DNA of 64,000 nt from the NCBI GenBank assembly GCA_012295275.1, contig CM022667.1, positions 13,082,001 through 13,146,000 of the forward strand, given 5' to 3'. This DNA comes from Chrysomallon squamiferum (taxonomy: Eukaryota; Animalia; Mollusca). Under the pieces are notes generated by a model. That model did no database searches. It saw only the letters and a list, made by a program, of their open reading frames with translations, and was not told the origin of the DNA. Within the stretch, counting starts at the first letter, position 1. Every line of letters starts with the position of its first letter. A program made the translations under genes and the position numbers. Shown here piece by piece: positions 33,401-53,914 of this stretch.

Positions 33401-33739
33401 GTTCGTCCCACCTCTGACACGTTATTCCTGTAAGAGTGGTTTGTTTTGTACCATTGTAGTTAACTCTGTGTGCCACAACAGTGAAACAAGCATCTGTAGA
33501 TATAGATATAAATATATATAAGTAAATAAATAAAAAAATGGAGCTTACGATATCTATCTATCTATCAGTCTATCTATCTATTTATTTATCTACCTATCTA
33601 TATGTAATAAAAAATAAAAACAAATTCTAAAGAAGTTATATGGAAAAATATATTCATATTTCCCCCAATTTTTTTCAGAAATATATGAAGGCAGTTATCT
33701 CCCTTCCCTTTACAATCACGGTATGTATTAAAACTGAGA

Positions 33740-33772
<33 letters not shown>

Positions 33773-34659
33773 ATAACATTAATGAGAGAAGGTATAATAG
33801 TTCTGTTTACTGACATGGGTAACTTTAATCATTAGAAATAATTCAGAAATAAATTTTAATATTATTTCATCAAGATCATAATCTCTGACTGTTAACATAC
33901 TCAAACAGGCCGAAAACGGTAATTATAATCAGGTAAACACAATAAATGCAAATGCATTAATGACTGAAATAGCAGCTTAACTTGCTTACGTTTTAATATT
34001 TGTTTGCTGTCAAACATTATAACGTTGTGAACTGATAACGTGAGAAAGAAAATCAGTTGCTGGGATTCGTTAATGTTCTTGTAACAGGTAGAAGGAGGGT
34101 GTATGCATAATGCCATAGAAAAAAATAAGTATCATCAGATTGCAAAGCAGTCGGTTGACTTGACGTTAAAATCGCAGAGGCTGAAGATGAACGGGCGACA
34201 TTAACGTTTGGAAAAAGACCATAAATTAATTATTGATAAAGTGAAGTTCCAAGAGGTTTATTATTTGACATAACACTTATTTTTTTCACTTACCTGCTAT
34301 GTAGTTATTAGTTGTACCTGTTTGTTAAAAATAAATAAAGAAATACATTAATAAACATACAAATAAATGAATGAATGAATGAATGAATGAATGAATGAAT
34401 GAATGAATGAATAAATAAATAAATAAATTAATAAATAAATAAATAATAATAAAATAAAATAAAATGACATAAAATAAAATAGAATAAATAAATAAACAGC
34501 AGCAACAAGAAACAGACACAGAATTGCTTCATACATTTTAGGATTAATTTCAGTGATTGTTTGTTTGTTTGTTTGTTTATTTATTTTAATTAATTATACG
34601 TACTAACCAACGATTTGAAATAATCCATCGATGAATAATATCCACAGCACAATTTTCAT
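28866..34659 (-). CDS. Gene E: type-I membrane protein, signal peptide - 3 kringles - 1 TSP1 - TM - cytoplasmic tail (8 coding exons, ~510 aa); paralog of gene D
   Basis: Exons 34659-34608 (MKIVLWILFIDGLFQIV; 52 nt like gene D), 34317-34294 (24-nt linker), kringles 33493-33233, 32139-31879, 31356-31099, TSP1 30404-30216 (GAWSLW..CSTTCG..KTRTCDNPAPVFAGRKC), TM 29897(or 29912)-29807 (IILIVGLTVFGLLVIVVVILLIL-RK), tail 29262-28866 (TAG). Same intron phases as gene D; 1533 nt. Confidence 0.88.
30440..30810. repeat. Long imperfect inverted repeat centred on a (TA)n tract, in gene E intron
   Basis: atagctgttgttttattgttg..cttatttcgtc.tagtagtagtaatagacgccgtcat (30489-30552) is the reverse complement of atgacggcgtctattactacta..cgacgaaataagcagcaacaacaataaaacaacagctat (30712-30775); inner arms tatatttattcattt / aaatgaataaatata flank (TA)n. 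Confidence 0.85.
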
Positions 34660-34688
34660 ATCGATATAATTACTGGCACATTCGCTGC

Positions 34689-34754
<66 letters not shown>

Positions 34755-35008
34755 GCATTTTATAGAAGATCAGATATGTAAGTACAGTACGTAATATTGC
34801 AATGTGAAAATAGATTTAAATAATATTAACATCGATATGAAATTACTTGACTTGATTAAGATCAATTTAAAATATGCATTCAATAGTTACCTCCCTTGCT
34901 CGCATTTTTAAGTCTGTTACTGGAATGTGAAGATCCTAACAGACTGATTAATCGATTTTTTCCGATTGTTATTTCATTATTTTTATAAACCAGTGATACT
35001 TAATTTTC

Positions 35009-35068
<60 letters not shown>

Positions 35069-35517
35069 CAAAATCAAAATCATAATCATAATCAAAATTT
35101 TTAAAGGTTGCTAATAAAACTACGTTAAAAACTCACTGTTCTTTGTACATCTGAATAAAAAGTTTCAGTTATATTTCGTCTTACAGATACATCACTATAA
35201 GAACAGTGAATAAATTCCTTTCAGTTACATTAACGTTTCGATAATTCACAAAAACCTCAAATCAGCATATTAATATTCTTAAATATGTTGTAAATTTTTT
35301 TTTTTTTTATATGAAACGTACCTGAATAGTTTCTACGTCTTTGAAAAAAAGGCCGAGTTTAGCAGATGTCCTTCTGTTACAGTCAGACATGTTGACAACA
35401 CTGAGTGGCAGTCCTCTCAAGGTAAGTTGAACATTCTAGATACTTTCAGGCATCTGCAAAATGCCATCACTGGGAGAAAGTTCTTCATTTTAATCCTGTT
35501 ACTGCTATATGACCTGT

Positions 35518-35590
<73 letters not shown>

Positions 35591-35628
35591 TAATAATAAT
35601 TCTGTTACTGCTATATGACCTGTTTAAT

Positions 35629-35665
<37 letters not shown>

Positions 35666-36660
35666 TAATAATTAGAAGATCACTTTTTTTGTCGATTTTT
35701 TGATAACATTACCATCATCATGAATAACAATAACAACAACGATGACGACGACAACAACGAAAATTAAAAACAATAATAACTGAACAACATTGTTGTAATT
35801 TTCATGTATTAAATATTTGTCCATTGTTTTCGAACAAATGGATGAATACCGAACACTCCGATTAACACATTTTCTTTTATGTTGAGTCGACGAACATGGA
35901 TATGGTAATTTGATGTTCTAAAATATCTTACAAAATGAACGACTAAATAAGTTCAGAAAAAACAACAGGTAACATACGTACATGACAGATTATTAGAATG
36001 AAGACATATTAACATATAGTCTGAACGCCATGCACCTTTGTTTACGTCACTAAACTGAGCATACGTCATAGAAATATGTGTATGTCAAAATTTGTGTTTG
36101 AGTTATTTCCCTTTAAGGTGAAAACGAAGGGGAAAAAAATGAACAAATAAATAAATAAAATAAAATGAAATAAAAATAAAAATAAATAAATAAATATTTA
36201 AAGTGTTATTTTATTCTTATGCTGACACTGATTTCCTGTCGTTAGTACGATATTAATATCGTATTAACAATTCATTTAATAATAATAATAATAATAATAA
36301 GAAGAAGAAGAAAAGAAAAGAAAATCTTTCTACAGTTATTTGTCTTGCTTTGTTTTCAACGAAAACTGCAAAATCAGAAAACGGTCTAATAATTCCTTTT
36401 CGTCGTGCTTCGTATTTTTTCCGTTCTTTCTGATTCTAGAGAATACTTTTTTTTTTTTTTTTTTTTTTTTTCTTCTTCTTCTTCTTCTTCTTCTTCTTTC
36501 TGCAGAAGCTGCTACCAAAAATAAAACCAGAAATCAATGACATAATATTAACATAATTATCACATTAACTTTTTTTTTAACAGTTTCTATTTTGAGCGGG
36601 TTCAGACGAATAAGCAACGTTCTGTACTGTCACAGGAAGAGAAGTCAGTCTAGCTTTAAA

Positions 36661-39508
<2,848 letters not shown>

Positions 39509-40416
39509 ACTTTGCTGACGTTTTGTGGGCATGTTTCTGCAGTCGTTTAAGCCTCCTTAAAGAAGTGAGTAGCTAAAGTCTGCATGCTTGCTGGTGTTAA
39601 CACGCGTATACCTATAATCTAGTTATATATATATATATATATGTATATATGTCTGTCTGTTTGTCTGTCTACCTTTCTGTCTACCTATCTGTCTATATAT
39701 CTCATACTTCCATCTGCTCTTGTAATTACCTACCTACCTATACATGTTATTTAACATATTCCTGGTATATAAATAAAAGAAAATATCGCAGAGATCAGAA
39801 AGACTTGTTTGTTATTTTTTTATTTTGTTTGCCGTTTTTTCTTTTCTTCTCTGTTCACCTTTAGACGCAACTCCAGACGTGGAAATACAATTTCGAACTT
39901 TTCACTGCTAAATCAAAATCAGTTATAACACGCATTCACGTCTACATATACTGTTTTATCTTCTTTATTTCAAATAAAAATGTCGATACATTTGTCCAAA
40001 CGATCGAAAATTACCATCCATATCCAGTGGAGTTCGAATTTGCATTATTATTGATTGCTTCCCTTACCTGAAATGTAGTCTGGATCCGCTCCTGATAATG
40101 TATTCCTCTGTGAAAACTGAAAAACACGAAGTCACCTTGTATTTATTTATTTATTTATTTATTTTTTTTTTTTTGGTTCTTATTTGGATTTCTTTTCAGT
40201 TCATCATTTAATTGTTCCAAACAATGAAATAGCTGAGATAATTCAAATTGTTTTGTAGTTATTATTAAATGAATGAATGAATAAACAATATTTGTCTTCT
40301 GAATAATAATGATGAAGACATGATAAAGCAAGCATGATTCTCGATTATCGTTCCTTTTAAATTCCTCAGTGATTTCTTTCTGTATATAAATATCCATCAA
40401 ACTTTGCACAATAAAA

Positions 40417-40451
<35 letters not shown>

Positions 40452-40515
40452 AAAGATAATTTCTAAGTCATAAACATATTAGTATACTTATACGTATATA
40501 GGCAGTATACGTACA

Positions 40516-40581
<66 letters not shown>

Positions 40582-40626
40582 GCATACAATTATATACATA
40601 CATATAGACATACAAACATATAAATA

Positions 40627-40663
<37 letters not shown>

Positions 40664-41514
40664 GTGCACACATACGTACAATCGTGTGTTTGTATGTACA
40701 TAGATACATATAATAATAATAATACTGAAACTAATTATGATAATAATAATGATTACGATCATGATGATATTAACTATAATTTAAAATAACTTAAAAAAAT
40801 AAAAACAAAAATAAATAAATAAATAAATAAACAAATAAAAATTAGTTCAAAAATAAAATAACAACCAAATACAACATTTACTGCTCTGGGTCTGATAAAC
40901 ACAGATGTCAAAGAAGGAAGCGAAAGTAAACACCCACTTTAAAAAAAAAAACCAGCCTGAAAAACGATGATCGATATCAACACGGAAATTCTGAACGTCA
41001 TTCAGCGTGTTCGATTTCTTCGCGACAGTTCTCTAAATAGCAGATTTGACGAGTGTTTGACTGGCTCTACGATCGATCCTTATCGGAGAGCCACTGGACT
41101 GTTTTTCCCGTGAACTTATTATTATCGCAATCATTTATCAGAGACCTTAAAGTTGCTTTTCTTGTTTAAAATAGCGAATCAGATAACGTGACTGTAGAGT
41201 TTTTCTCTCGCACTGTCTGTTGTGTATTTCGCGTCGTATGAATGAATATATTTAAAAAAAAAGATGAGACGGTGTCATTAGATATTTGTTCTTGTTTTAT
41301 AAAATGATTTCATCTACTGAGATGGATGAATGCGACCGCGTTTACGGGTGGCTGCGCAGGAGGGAAAAAAAAAAAAAATTAAATCGTTAGAGGCGTTTTC
41401 AAAGTGTGAGGCCCTATTTGGTTATCACTGAAAACTGTTTAGCAATAAATGAACTGAAAGATAAATAAAAAAATAATAATAATAATAAAAAAATAATAAT
41501 AATAAAAAAAATAA

Positions 41515-41556
<42 letters not shown>

Positions 41557-41562
41557 AAATAA

Positions 41563-41609
<47 letters not shown>

Positions 41610-41612
41610 TAA

Positions 41613-41646
<34 letters not shown>

Positions 41647-43691
41647 GTAAATATGTAAATAAATAAATAAATAAAAAACACAAAAATTAAAAAACAAAAG
41701 ACAATCCCACAAAAGCAAGAACAGAAATAAAAAAGAACAAAAAAAGAACAAAACAAAACAAAACAAAAAATTACTTTTAAAATGTATTTATCTTGACTAT
41801 AACGTTTCCAAATAGTTCTAGAAAACAAATATTAAATTATCAGTTAGTTGCAGACGCAGTACACCTTTATTTCCATCAAATGTTTCTAAAAACGAAACAA
41901 ACACAACATCGTTGAACTGTTTCAGGTGACCATTTTTGCCAGGGATAGCTTTTTTACTTTTTTAATTATTTTTTGAATCGTCTTTATCATAGTTCTGCGT
42001 AAAATGTAGTTTAGTGGATTCATAATAGATAAAGTAGCTAAGGGATAGGTTTTAATAGTGCCCCATTTCTTCTTCAAGAATAAAATAAATAAATGAAGAC
42101 ACGAAATAGTAAACACGTATTTAAATATTGATTAAGGAAGAATAAATAAATAAAGTAAGTAAGTAAATAGGCTATAGATTTAACTGACAAATTTGAGTTC
42201 CAAAAACATTTCCACAAAACAAAGAAAAATCTAAACACATCTGCAAAACAAAAAAAGTGGCAAAAGCCTAACAACAATAACATTAACAAATAACAAGACA
42301 AAATGTCAATAGCTGTATCTGGAACAAAGCAAAAAATAAATAAAAAAATAGATTGAAAAACATAAATCTACAAACAAACAAATAAAACAAACAATAACAA
42401 AAGATAATAATAAAAAATTAAAAATAAACAAAATAAAATACAAAAATAACCCCTCTTACTGCAGACAGGAGATAGTTAACTGTTGCACATGTATTTCTGT
42501 TTGCAACTTCTTATCTAACTGGCGTTTCCAAAAAAAAAAAAAAAGTTTAAAAAATAAAAAAATAAAAAAATAAAAAAATAAATAAATAAATTAAGTTAAA
42601 ATAAAAGTACATTACAGACAACTATCAACATTTAGTATCTATCATAATCAGCGTTTCAAAAAAAAAAAAAAAAAAACAACATTAAAAAAAAAAAAAAAAA
42701 TAAAAAAATATATATATATAAAAAACAAAAGTACATTACAGACTTCTGATAACATTTAGTATCATAATCTACTTCGTATTTGTCACAACAAGATCGATTT
42801 TCAGGACAATTTCCCGTTCTAAAAGCAGAAAAAACAAAAATTCAGAGGAACTTTACAAAATGGCATGTACGGATTTGTCGAAAATAGAAGTGATGAGGCT
42901 GATCGACTTTGAGCTGTTAATAATATCACCAACAAAAGACCCCATAACGGAATCTCTGATGCAGACATCCGCCTGAAAAGTGAACGACAAACAAGACACA
43001 AAGAAATGTTTGTCGTTGTGAACGTTGTCTTTGTAGAAGCGTCATTGGTGTATGCACCATAAATAAAAGACAGCAATGACTTGTAAGATTTACTTTGAAT
43101 AATGACACAGCTAATTTTCAAGAAGATACTTTAGGGCATAAAGCAAAAGCAAATAACATTATATATATAAAAACATTGATACATTAAAAAAAAAAAAAGA
43201 ATTTAAAAAAATTAAAAATAGTAGAAAGGTCCATATACCCGACAGCGAGTGTTGGTTAGTTAACATTTAGAAATTGAAATCAGTCTGACGGAATCTATTA
43301 TTTTAATCACTCGAATTTTTTTTTTTTTTTTACGCTAAAATTACATTTATTTTGTAAGTATTTTGTATGATATCTTGATACGGTAAGACTTCATTTATCA
43401 TAATAATAGGTATTTATTATCCATCATTTTGTTTCGTAATGGTTAAAGTTATTTATTTATAACAGTGAGTTAGATAATATTTCCTTTTAGTGGTTCAGTT
43501 CATTTTTGTTAAAACTGTTATTTGTCTCTCAGTGTATTGGATACTTAACATTTAGTGATTTGACTCGTTATGTTATAAAATGTAATTTACTATATATCAA
43601 GTAATTATGTTGTTTTCTTCATTTGAGATTTTGATTTTTACTATTAATAAGAACATCATTTATCGTAATAAGTAATTTCATATTTTGACTC

Positions 43692-43724
<33 letters not shown>

Positions 43725-44086
43725 TCGGAGGAAACATTTAATAACAATATCAGTAAATAACAATTAAAATATAATAAAGATAATGAAAAAAAATAAAATA
43801 AAAAAAAAATAAATAAATAAATAAAATTAGTAACTAAATTAAATCTGTAAATAAAAAAGATAAATAACGAATCTTTCATTATTATTATTTTATACAATGT
43901 TTAATAATGAATTAAATATATTCTAAGATTTCAAAAAATAAACGAAAAAGCGAACAATAAATAAATTAAAAATATATTTTCAAACTAATAAATGCATACA
44001 AACAAACAATATAAACAAACAATGTCTAAAGATTTATGTGTCATTCTCTCATATAATCTGAAATATCACGGAAACAGGAAAAATAA

Positions 44087-44121
<35 letters not shown>

Positions 44122-44448
44122 ATTTAAAAAAGAGCATAATATTTCTATATTCCAAATAACGGTACATATATTACAGGATACCTAGAATAATATAAATATG
44201 TAATAATAATGAAACAACTCCCGTTGACGATTACCGTGGAAACCTTAAAAGTTCCACAATGAACAGAGGTTAATGAAGATTCTTTTGATTCTAGGAAGTG
44301 CGCTGTAGAATTGACTGTTGACCTTAAAATGATTTTATGTGGAGTATGCAGTTTACTCCTACTTCTAATTACTTCAGTGCTGAATCTTTAAGCTTTATTT
44401 TTGATTGCAGAGAGTGGAATTTTTGAGTTTATTGCAGCTCAAACTAAA

Positions 44449-47598
<3,150 letters not shown>

Positions 47599-48586
47599 TT
47601 ATTAATGTGAAATAATCTAAAGAAAAACTTGTACAGCTACTAACAGAACGTTTTAAATCTTCACTTAATAAACTAGGTAAATGACAAGCTATGTAAATTT
47701 AATGTCATGAAATACTGTTGCGAATAGCAAGTTTTGTCTATGCCATACACATATATGGCATGCACTATGTAAACATTATCTCAACCTCTTTTAAAGTTAT
47801 TAAGCTATGTAGAAGTTCCACTAGAAGCGATCAAGTCTCCGTAAAAAAAAAACCCCTTTAATTAATTACATTTTCAACAACATTTTGTTTTCTTGAATAA
47901 TTATTGTGTTAGTGGCTGTGTCTGGCTTTGTTTTATTTATTTATTTTATTTTACTTAATAAAGCTGTGTACCATTTCCTTGCATTTTGATTGTTCTTTTC
48001 TTGTTTTTTTAGTTTTTCTTAATTATGATTTTTATCACTGGTTCTTCTTTCTTCTTCTTTTTCTTCTTCTTCTTCTTCTTCTTTATTATTATTATCTGTG
48101 ACTACAATCACTTTTACAAATATTTTGCCTGTATTTACCCCCCAAAATTTAACCTTTAGAAAATTAAATACATGTCACTGTAGATATTCATACCTGAAAC
48201 CTAACGACAATAAAACTTTGTACTTTAACTGTGCACGTACATAGACCACATCCAAACACATACATACATACATACATACATACATACATACATACATACA
48301 TACATACATACATACATACGTACATAAAAAGCAAAAACAAGTAGAGAACAATTATAAAATTAATCGTTACCGAAAAGGTCAGGAATTGACGTCAATAACT
48401 TTTGAATGACGTCAATAATGAAATTACGTCAGTAGTTCGAGTACTAAAAATCCGAGACGAAGGTACAATTACTTATACGTTAACTCTGATCACAACATAG
48501 AGAGAGAACTCAGTAACATTTTAAACACAACAATTATATAACAGTTGTTTTTTTGTTTTTTGTTGCTTATTTATTTTTTTTTTATT

Positions 48587-48634
<48 letters not shown>

Positions 48635-48974
48635 GGCTTAAGTAAAAAAATCGGAATTCACCGAGCAGAACCGAACTTTTCAATGACGTCAATAATGAAA
48701 TTACGACACTAAACACTATCCAGCTTTGAAAATCCACGGCAAAGGTTGGTATAATATCTACAGTTTCTTACTATTATATAATCTGGGACATGAGAGAACG
48801 AATAAAATTACTAATATTTTAAACAGTACTGTTTTGTAATAGTTGTTGTCAAGAGAGAAAGAGAGAGAAAGAGAGAGACCATCAGATATGTATAAAATAA
48901 TAAATTATGAAATGTAGAAGTTGTAATAGTAGAAAATGTAGTGCTTCTAGAACTACCAGTAGTTGTAGTAGCAG

Positions 48975-49030
<56 letters not shown>

Positions 49031-49409
49031 TTGTTTGAATTTGGTTACAGCTTTTAAAAACATCATGCCGATTTTGAACTTGGACGGTTTTTATTTATTT
49101 ATTTATTTATTTGTTTTGCACGTTTTCAAAGCAAATTACTGTTTCTCTTGGTCAGTTAATAAAGATCATCATCATCATCAACAACAACAACAACAACAAC
49201 AACAATAAATAAATAAATAAATAAAACAAATAAATAAATAAATAAATAACCAGATATCTATTTATTTAATTCTTTATTTATATATTTATTTATTTTTGTA
49301 TGTATGTGATTTTACTTTCACCTAGGGACGTTATTTACAATTGTTTTTGTAAACCTGTATGTGGAAATCTCTAATACTTAACCATAATCATTAAACATTA
49401 TTTGTAAGA

Positions 49410-49448
<39 letters not shown>

Positions 49449-49966
49449 TACTGCTACTAATGGTTAGATAGATACACATACAGATAGATAGATATACAGA
49501 TATAATAGATAGATAATAATTAGTCAGCTTTTATATCCGCTCTCTGTGACACATTCATGTTGCTATGGACACGTTTTATTAATAATTTAAAACGATCGTA
49601 TTTACAAAAACAAATGTTATATTCCCACATGAATAATTGTAGTTCGTTTGTAAAAGAGAAATCGATAGACTGGCAAAATGCAAGTTAGCAAGAGTTAGAG
49701 CGCATTGGAGTATGGAGGAAGCAACACACAGATAATAAACGACACAAACATAAATACACTAGAAATAAGTATTTAATTTATGAAAACAAAAGAACAAAAA
49801 AAAAAAAAAAAAAAAAAAAGAAGGAAACAAACAAAAAATAAATAAATAGACACGGAAGGTTACATTCAAGGACAAATTTAAAAAAAAAAAAATTAATATT
49901 ATTCTTATTTTTGTTGTTTATATTATTATTACGGTTTTATTATTATTATTATTGTTGTTGTTGTTA

Positions 49967-50031
<65 letters not shown>

Positions 50032-50976
50032 GGTGCATTTGTTGTTTTGTTGTTGTTATTGTTATTGTTTATTTCAGTTTATCTGAACGGTACATTTGTT
50101 TCATCAATTATGAATAGTGTATTTGTGTAAAAAAAAATCGGAGCATAACGAATATCGTTGTATTCAACACTTCTATTACTTATTCATATGTTTATAGCTC
50201 TTGTGGTTTGTACGTTTTTCACATGATTTCGTTAGTTACAGTTTATTCGTTGTGTTGTAGCCAACAGGAACCAAGACGCAGATGTTCGTGAAGATTTGTT
50301 GTTAGTTTTTTTTTTTTATTATTATTCTGGCAGTTAAGCAAGACACAGTTAAGATAAGAAAAATATTTATTTTCATTCGTGGGATGTTAACTGCCAGAAG
50401 TTGGAATAATTAAATACAGATTATATATATACACAGCAATCGTTTGTGATCAAGCTAAATAGTGTTTTGATTCTTAAATTGACTTGGATGTTAGGAACCT
50501 TTCTCAGATTTCAACACGAGTTTCTTGCAAACGAAGCAAACGTTATTTCTGATTTGTGACTGTCTGTCTGGCAATGCAGTGTAATATATAACAGAAAGAA
50601 AAAGACGTTATTTAATATAGAAATTTTGTCATATAGTAACACAAAAAATGTTATTTCGATTCGTTCACTGTATGTCTACATAAATCTATTAGATAAATAA
50701 CAAGTTGATTTGATTCGTAGACTATGGACGAAGTGTTTACCAAGACCATCTTGCTATAGACAAGTAAAAGGTTATGGAACTGATGAACTGTGGTCAGGTT
50801 TGATGGAGGTTTGCAATACCAACTCAGACAAAAAAAGTTATTTTGATTCATAAAATATTTAACTCGAGTCTACAACAGCAGTGAACCCTGCATGATACAG
50901 TAAAACAAGAGAAAGCTTTAATTTGACTGAAAAAGCAACAACAACAACAACAACAACAACAAAGAAAAACGACAAA

Positions 50977-51499
50977 ATGAAAAATTGGATCCTTCACTCT
51001 TTCTTTATATCAAACGTGCTCTTGCAAGTGGAGTCCACAGTTCAGATCTGCACAAATCGAGATAACTTCACTTTCCTGTTCAGAAATCAAAATATAAATG
51101 CCACGCATTTCGACGTCGTAAAGGATCGAGGACTGGTAGGCTGTGCGTTCGAATGCCAGCTGCGTAAAAGATGCAAATCTTTTAGTTTTCAGTACGCCTC
51201 TGGTGCGTGTAGTTTGTTCGCAACATCGCTTGGTGACAGTGAAATATTATACACAGAAAGAGGAACGGACAGTAGCGATATTCAAGACTGGCCGTCTGTA
51301 AGTATATTTGTTTTCACGTTCCAACCAGTGTTCCACGGCTGATGTAACATGTTTTTTGATTCGTGTCTATCAGATATATAAATAAATTATTCTTATTTTT
51401 GTCGAGATTGCCTTCGATGATGATTATGATCTTGTTCTCATCATTATTTAAAAAACAAGAATAAGAATAAAAAAATAAAAAATAAAAATAAATAAATGA

Positions 51500-51538
<39 letters not shown>

Positions 51539-52236
51539 GCTTTATATTATTTCTTTATTCATTTTATTCTTTTCATTGCTTTATTACTTATTAATCTATT
51601 GGTACTTTTGTTTTCGTTAATTTAATTGCATGCATTCATTTGAAGTATTTCTTTTAACCGATATATTAATTATTTTATTTTATTAGCTTTTATGTATTTA
51701 TTTATATCAGTTAATTAATAAAATATATTTGTGTAGAGACTGGCTGGACTTTGTGAAAATCATCCGTGTTCTTTTGAAGAAGTTTGTCGCGTGACTAGTC
51801 AAGGAAGAAAATGTGTCAAAGCATGTAAGTAAACAGATAAATACAGAAACAAACATAAATATATGCATAAAAATAGATAGAATAGATAGATAAATAAACA
51901 AATAAATATTATGATTATCATCAATGTTATTGATTTTAAACATTTTCGTCAACAGAGAACATTATAACCATCATTATAGTGAAGATTCTCTTTGTGGCTG
52001 TTGTTGCTGTTGTCGTCATTGTAATCATGAGATCATATATTTTATTACGATGATGATCATCATTGTATTTTATTATTATTATTATTATTATTATTTTATT
52101 CAAATCGTCGGCATTTTCTTTCTCACAATCGTTATTAATATTTAACTGATTATCATCATCATCATAATTGTTATACTTAATATTATCATAATCGTTAATA
52201 ATGTTTTTTCATGTATTGATATCATTATCATACATG

Positions 52237-52304
<68 letters not shown>

Positions 52305-52760
52305 GCTGTTGTTGTTGTTACTGTTGTTGTTACTACTGTTATTATCAGACTGCCCACCACTTACTGATGTCGAAAATGCCAAGCCTAATTTCACCACTAC
52401 TTACGAGACGACCAAAGTAGGAAGTCATCTGTCTTACGTGTGTGATGAAAACTTCAAACCGCAAGGAGAAAGAGTCTGTCTGGAGAATGGAACTTGGTCT
52501 GACTTCAGATGTGTAAGAGGTAAACACGAACATAATTAGTCACAAAGTGACACGCGCGCGTGCACCTTACATCTTTCAATATGGCGGATAGTCTCGATTA
52601 TTTTCGTGTTCTTTGGTTACACTCATGTTTTGTATGGTCTCGAAATCTACACTCGACCCTTTGTTTACGCCTTATTTCGATAAATCCGTGCAGATGTACG
52701 CGTGCTCTCTGTTTTATCCTAGAATTATCTAGATTTTCCTAATTATTTTTTTATTTTTGT

Positions 52761-52836
<76 letters not shown>

Positions 52837-53396
52837 TTTTTTTTTTTTTTTGTACTTCGACAATGGCACCAGTTTCATATGGCGGCAAAGCAAGTTCAAT
52901 CAGGTTAACTAGAAACTGTGAATTTAAGGTAAATACAGTTCTACAAATTATTGTATTTGGTTAGCATTAATATTTATGCTGTTAATACCAACTTTCGGAA
53001 ATTCCAGATTTTGTATTTTCCGAAGAACCTTTCAATCGCTTTTCAAAACACAACATTTAGCTCATATCAAATTATCACAATTTTAAAATGTTTCATTAAC
53101 TGATATTTTATTTATAGATGCACCTCGATGTCGCGTAGAAGAAGGATACGTGTATTTTGAAAATGTCACAGTATGTTTTAAAGCCATCACCGAGAAGGTT
53201 CCGTGGATCGAAGCACATGACAACTGCAGCCAATCAGGTTCGAGACTGATTGTCCTGGATAACGACAACAAAAACAGCGTTGTTTCTAACTATGTCAAAA
53301 CAAACAAAGGTGAGTAGGCAAAGCGTATAACTTAAATAAATAAATAAATAAATGAAAGTAAAAATAAAAGAGATCACAATAAACTGACATAGCTAT

Positions 53397-53491
<95 letters not shown>

Positions 53492-53746
53492 TCATCACAA
53501 CAACGATATATTTTTACTTTTACTGTTATAGCAAGAAAGAGGTACTACATTGGTTTGAGATATAAACCCGCGGAGGCCAAGTTTGTTTGGGTAAATGGAG
53601 AAACTGTTGCTTTCACAAAGTGGAAAGAGGAACCAGACAAGGATGATACATCAAAAAGATGTGTAATATTAAAAACCCTGACTGATAAGTGGAATGATAT
53701 CGGATGTTCACTTTTACGAGGGTTTATTTGTGAAATACCTTTGTAA
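50977..53746 (+). CDS. Gene H: secreted PAN/Apple - EGF-like - Sushi/CCP - C-type lectin (EPD/WND) protein (5 exons, ~328 aa)
   Basis: Exons 50977-51297 (signal + PAN: CAFECQLRKRCKSFSF..CSL), 51737-51824 (4-Cys EGF-like CENHPCSFEEVC..KC), 52349-52519 (Sushi: CPPL..VG..L.Y.CDENF..G...C.ENGTWS..C), 53118-53309, 53532-53746 (CTL, TAA). GT-AG, phases 0,1,1,1; 987 nt in frame. Confidence 0.85.
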
Positions 53747-53860
53747 CTGTATAGTTACTGACAGAAAATTTTAAATCTTCACTTCTTGAGATTATGTGTT
53801 AAATAATAGCAACAACAAAAAAACGTGTTGATTGGACGCATGTGTATGTGAGTGTGTGTG

Positions 53861-53914
<54 letters not shown>

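Noticed and set aside
52855-52935. Extra exon between Sushi and CTL in gene H (AAG|gtaaat at 52929)
   Set aside because: No convincing acceptor or domain similarity; the Sushi exon already joins the CTL exon in frame.
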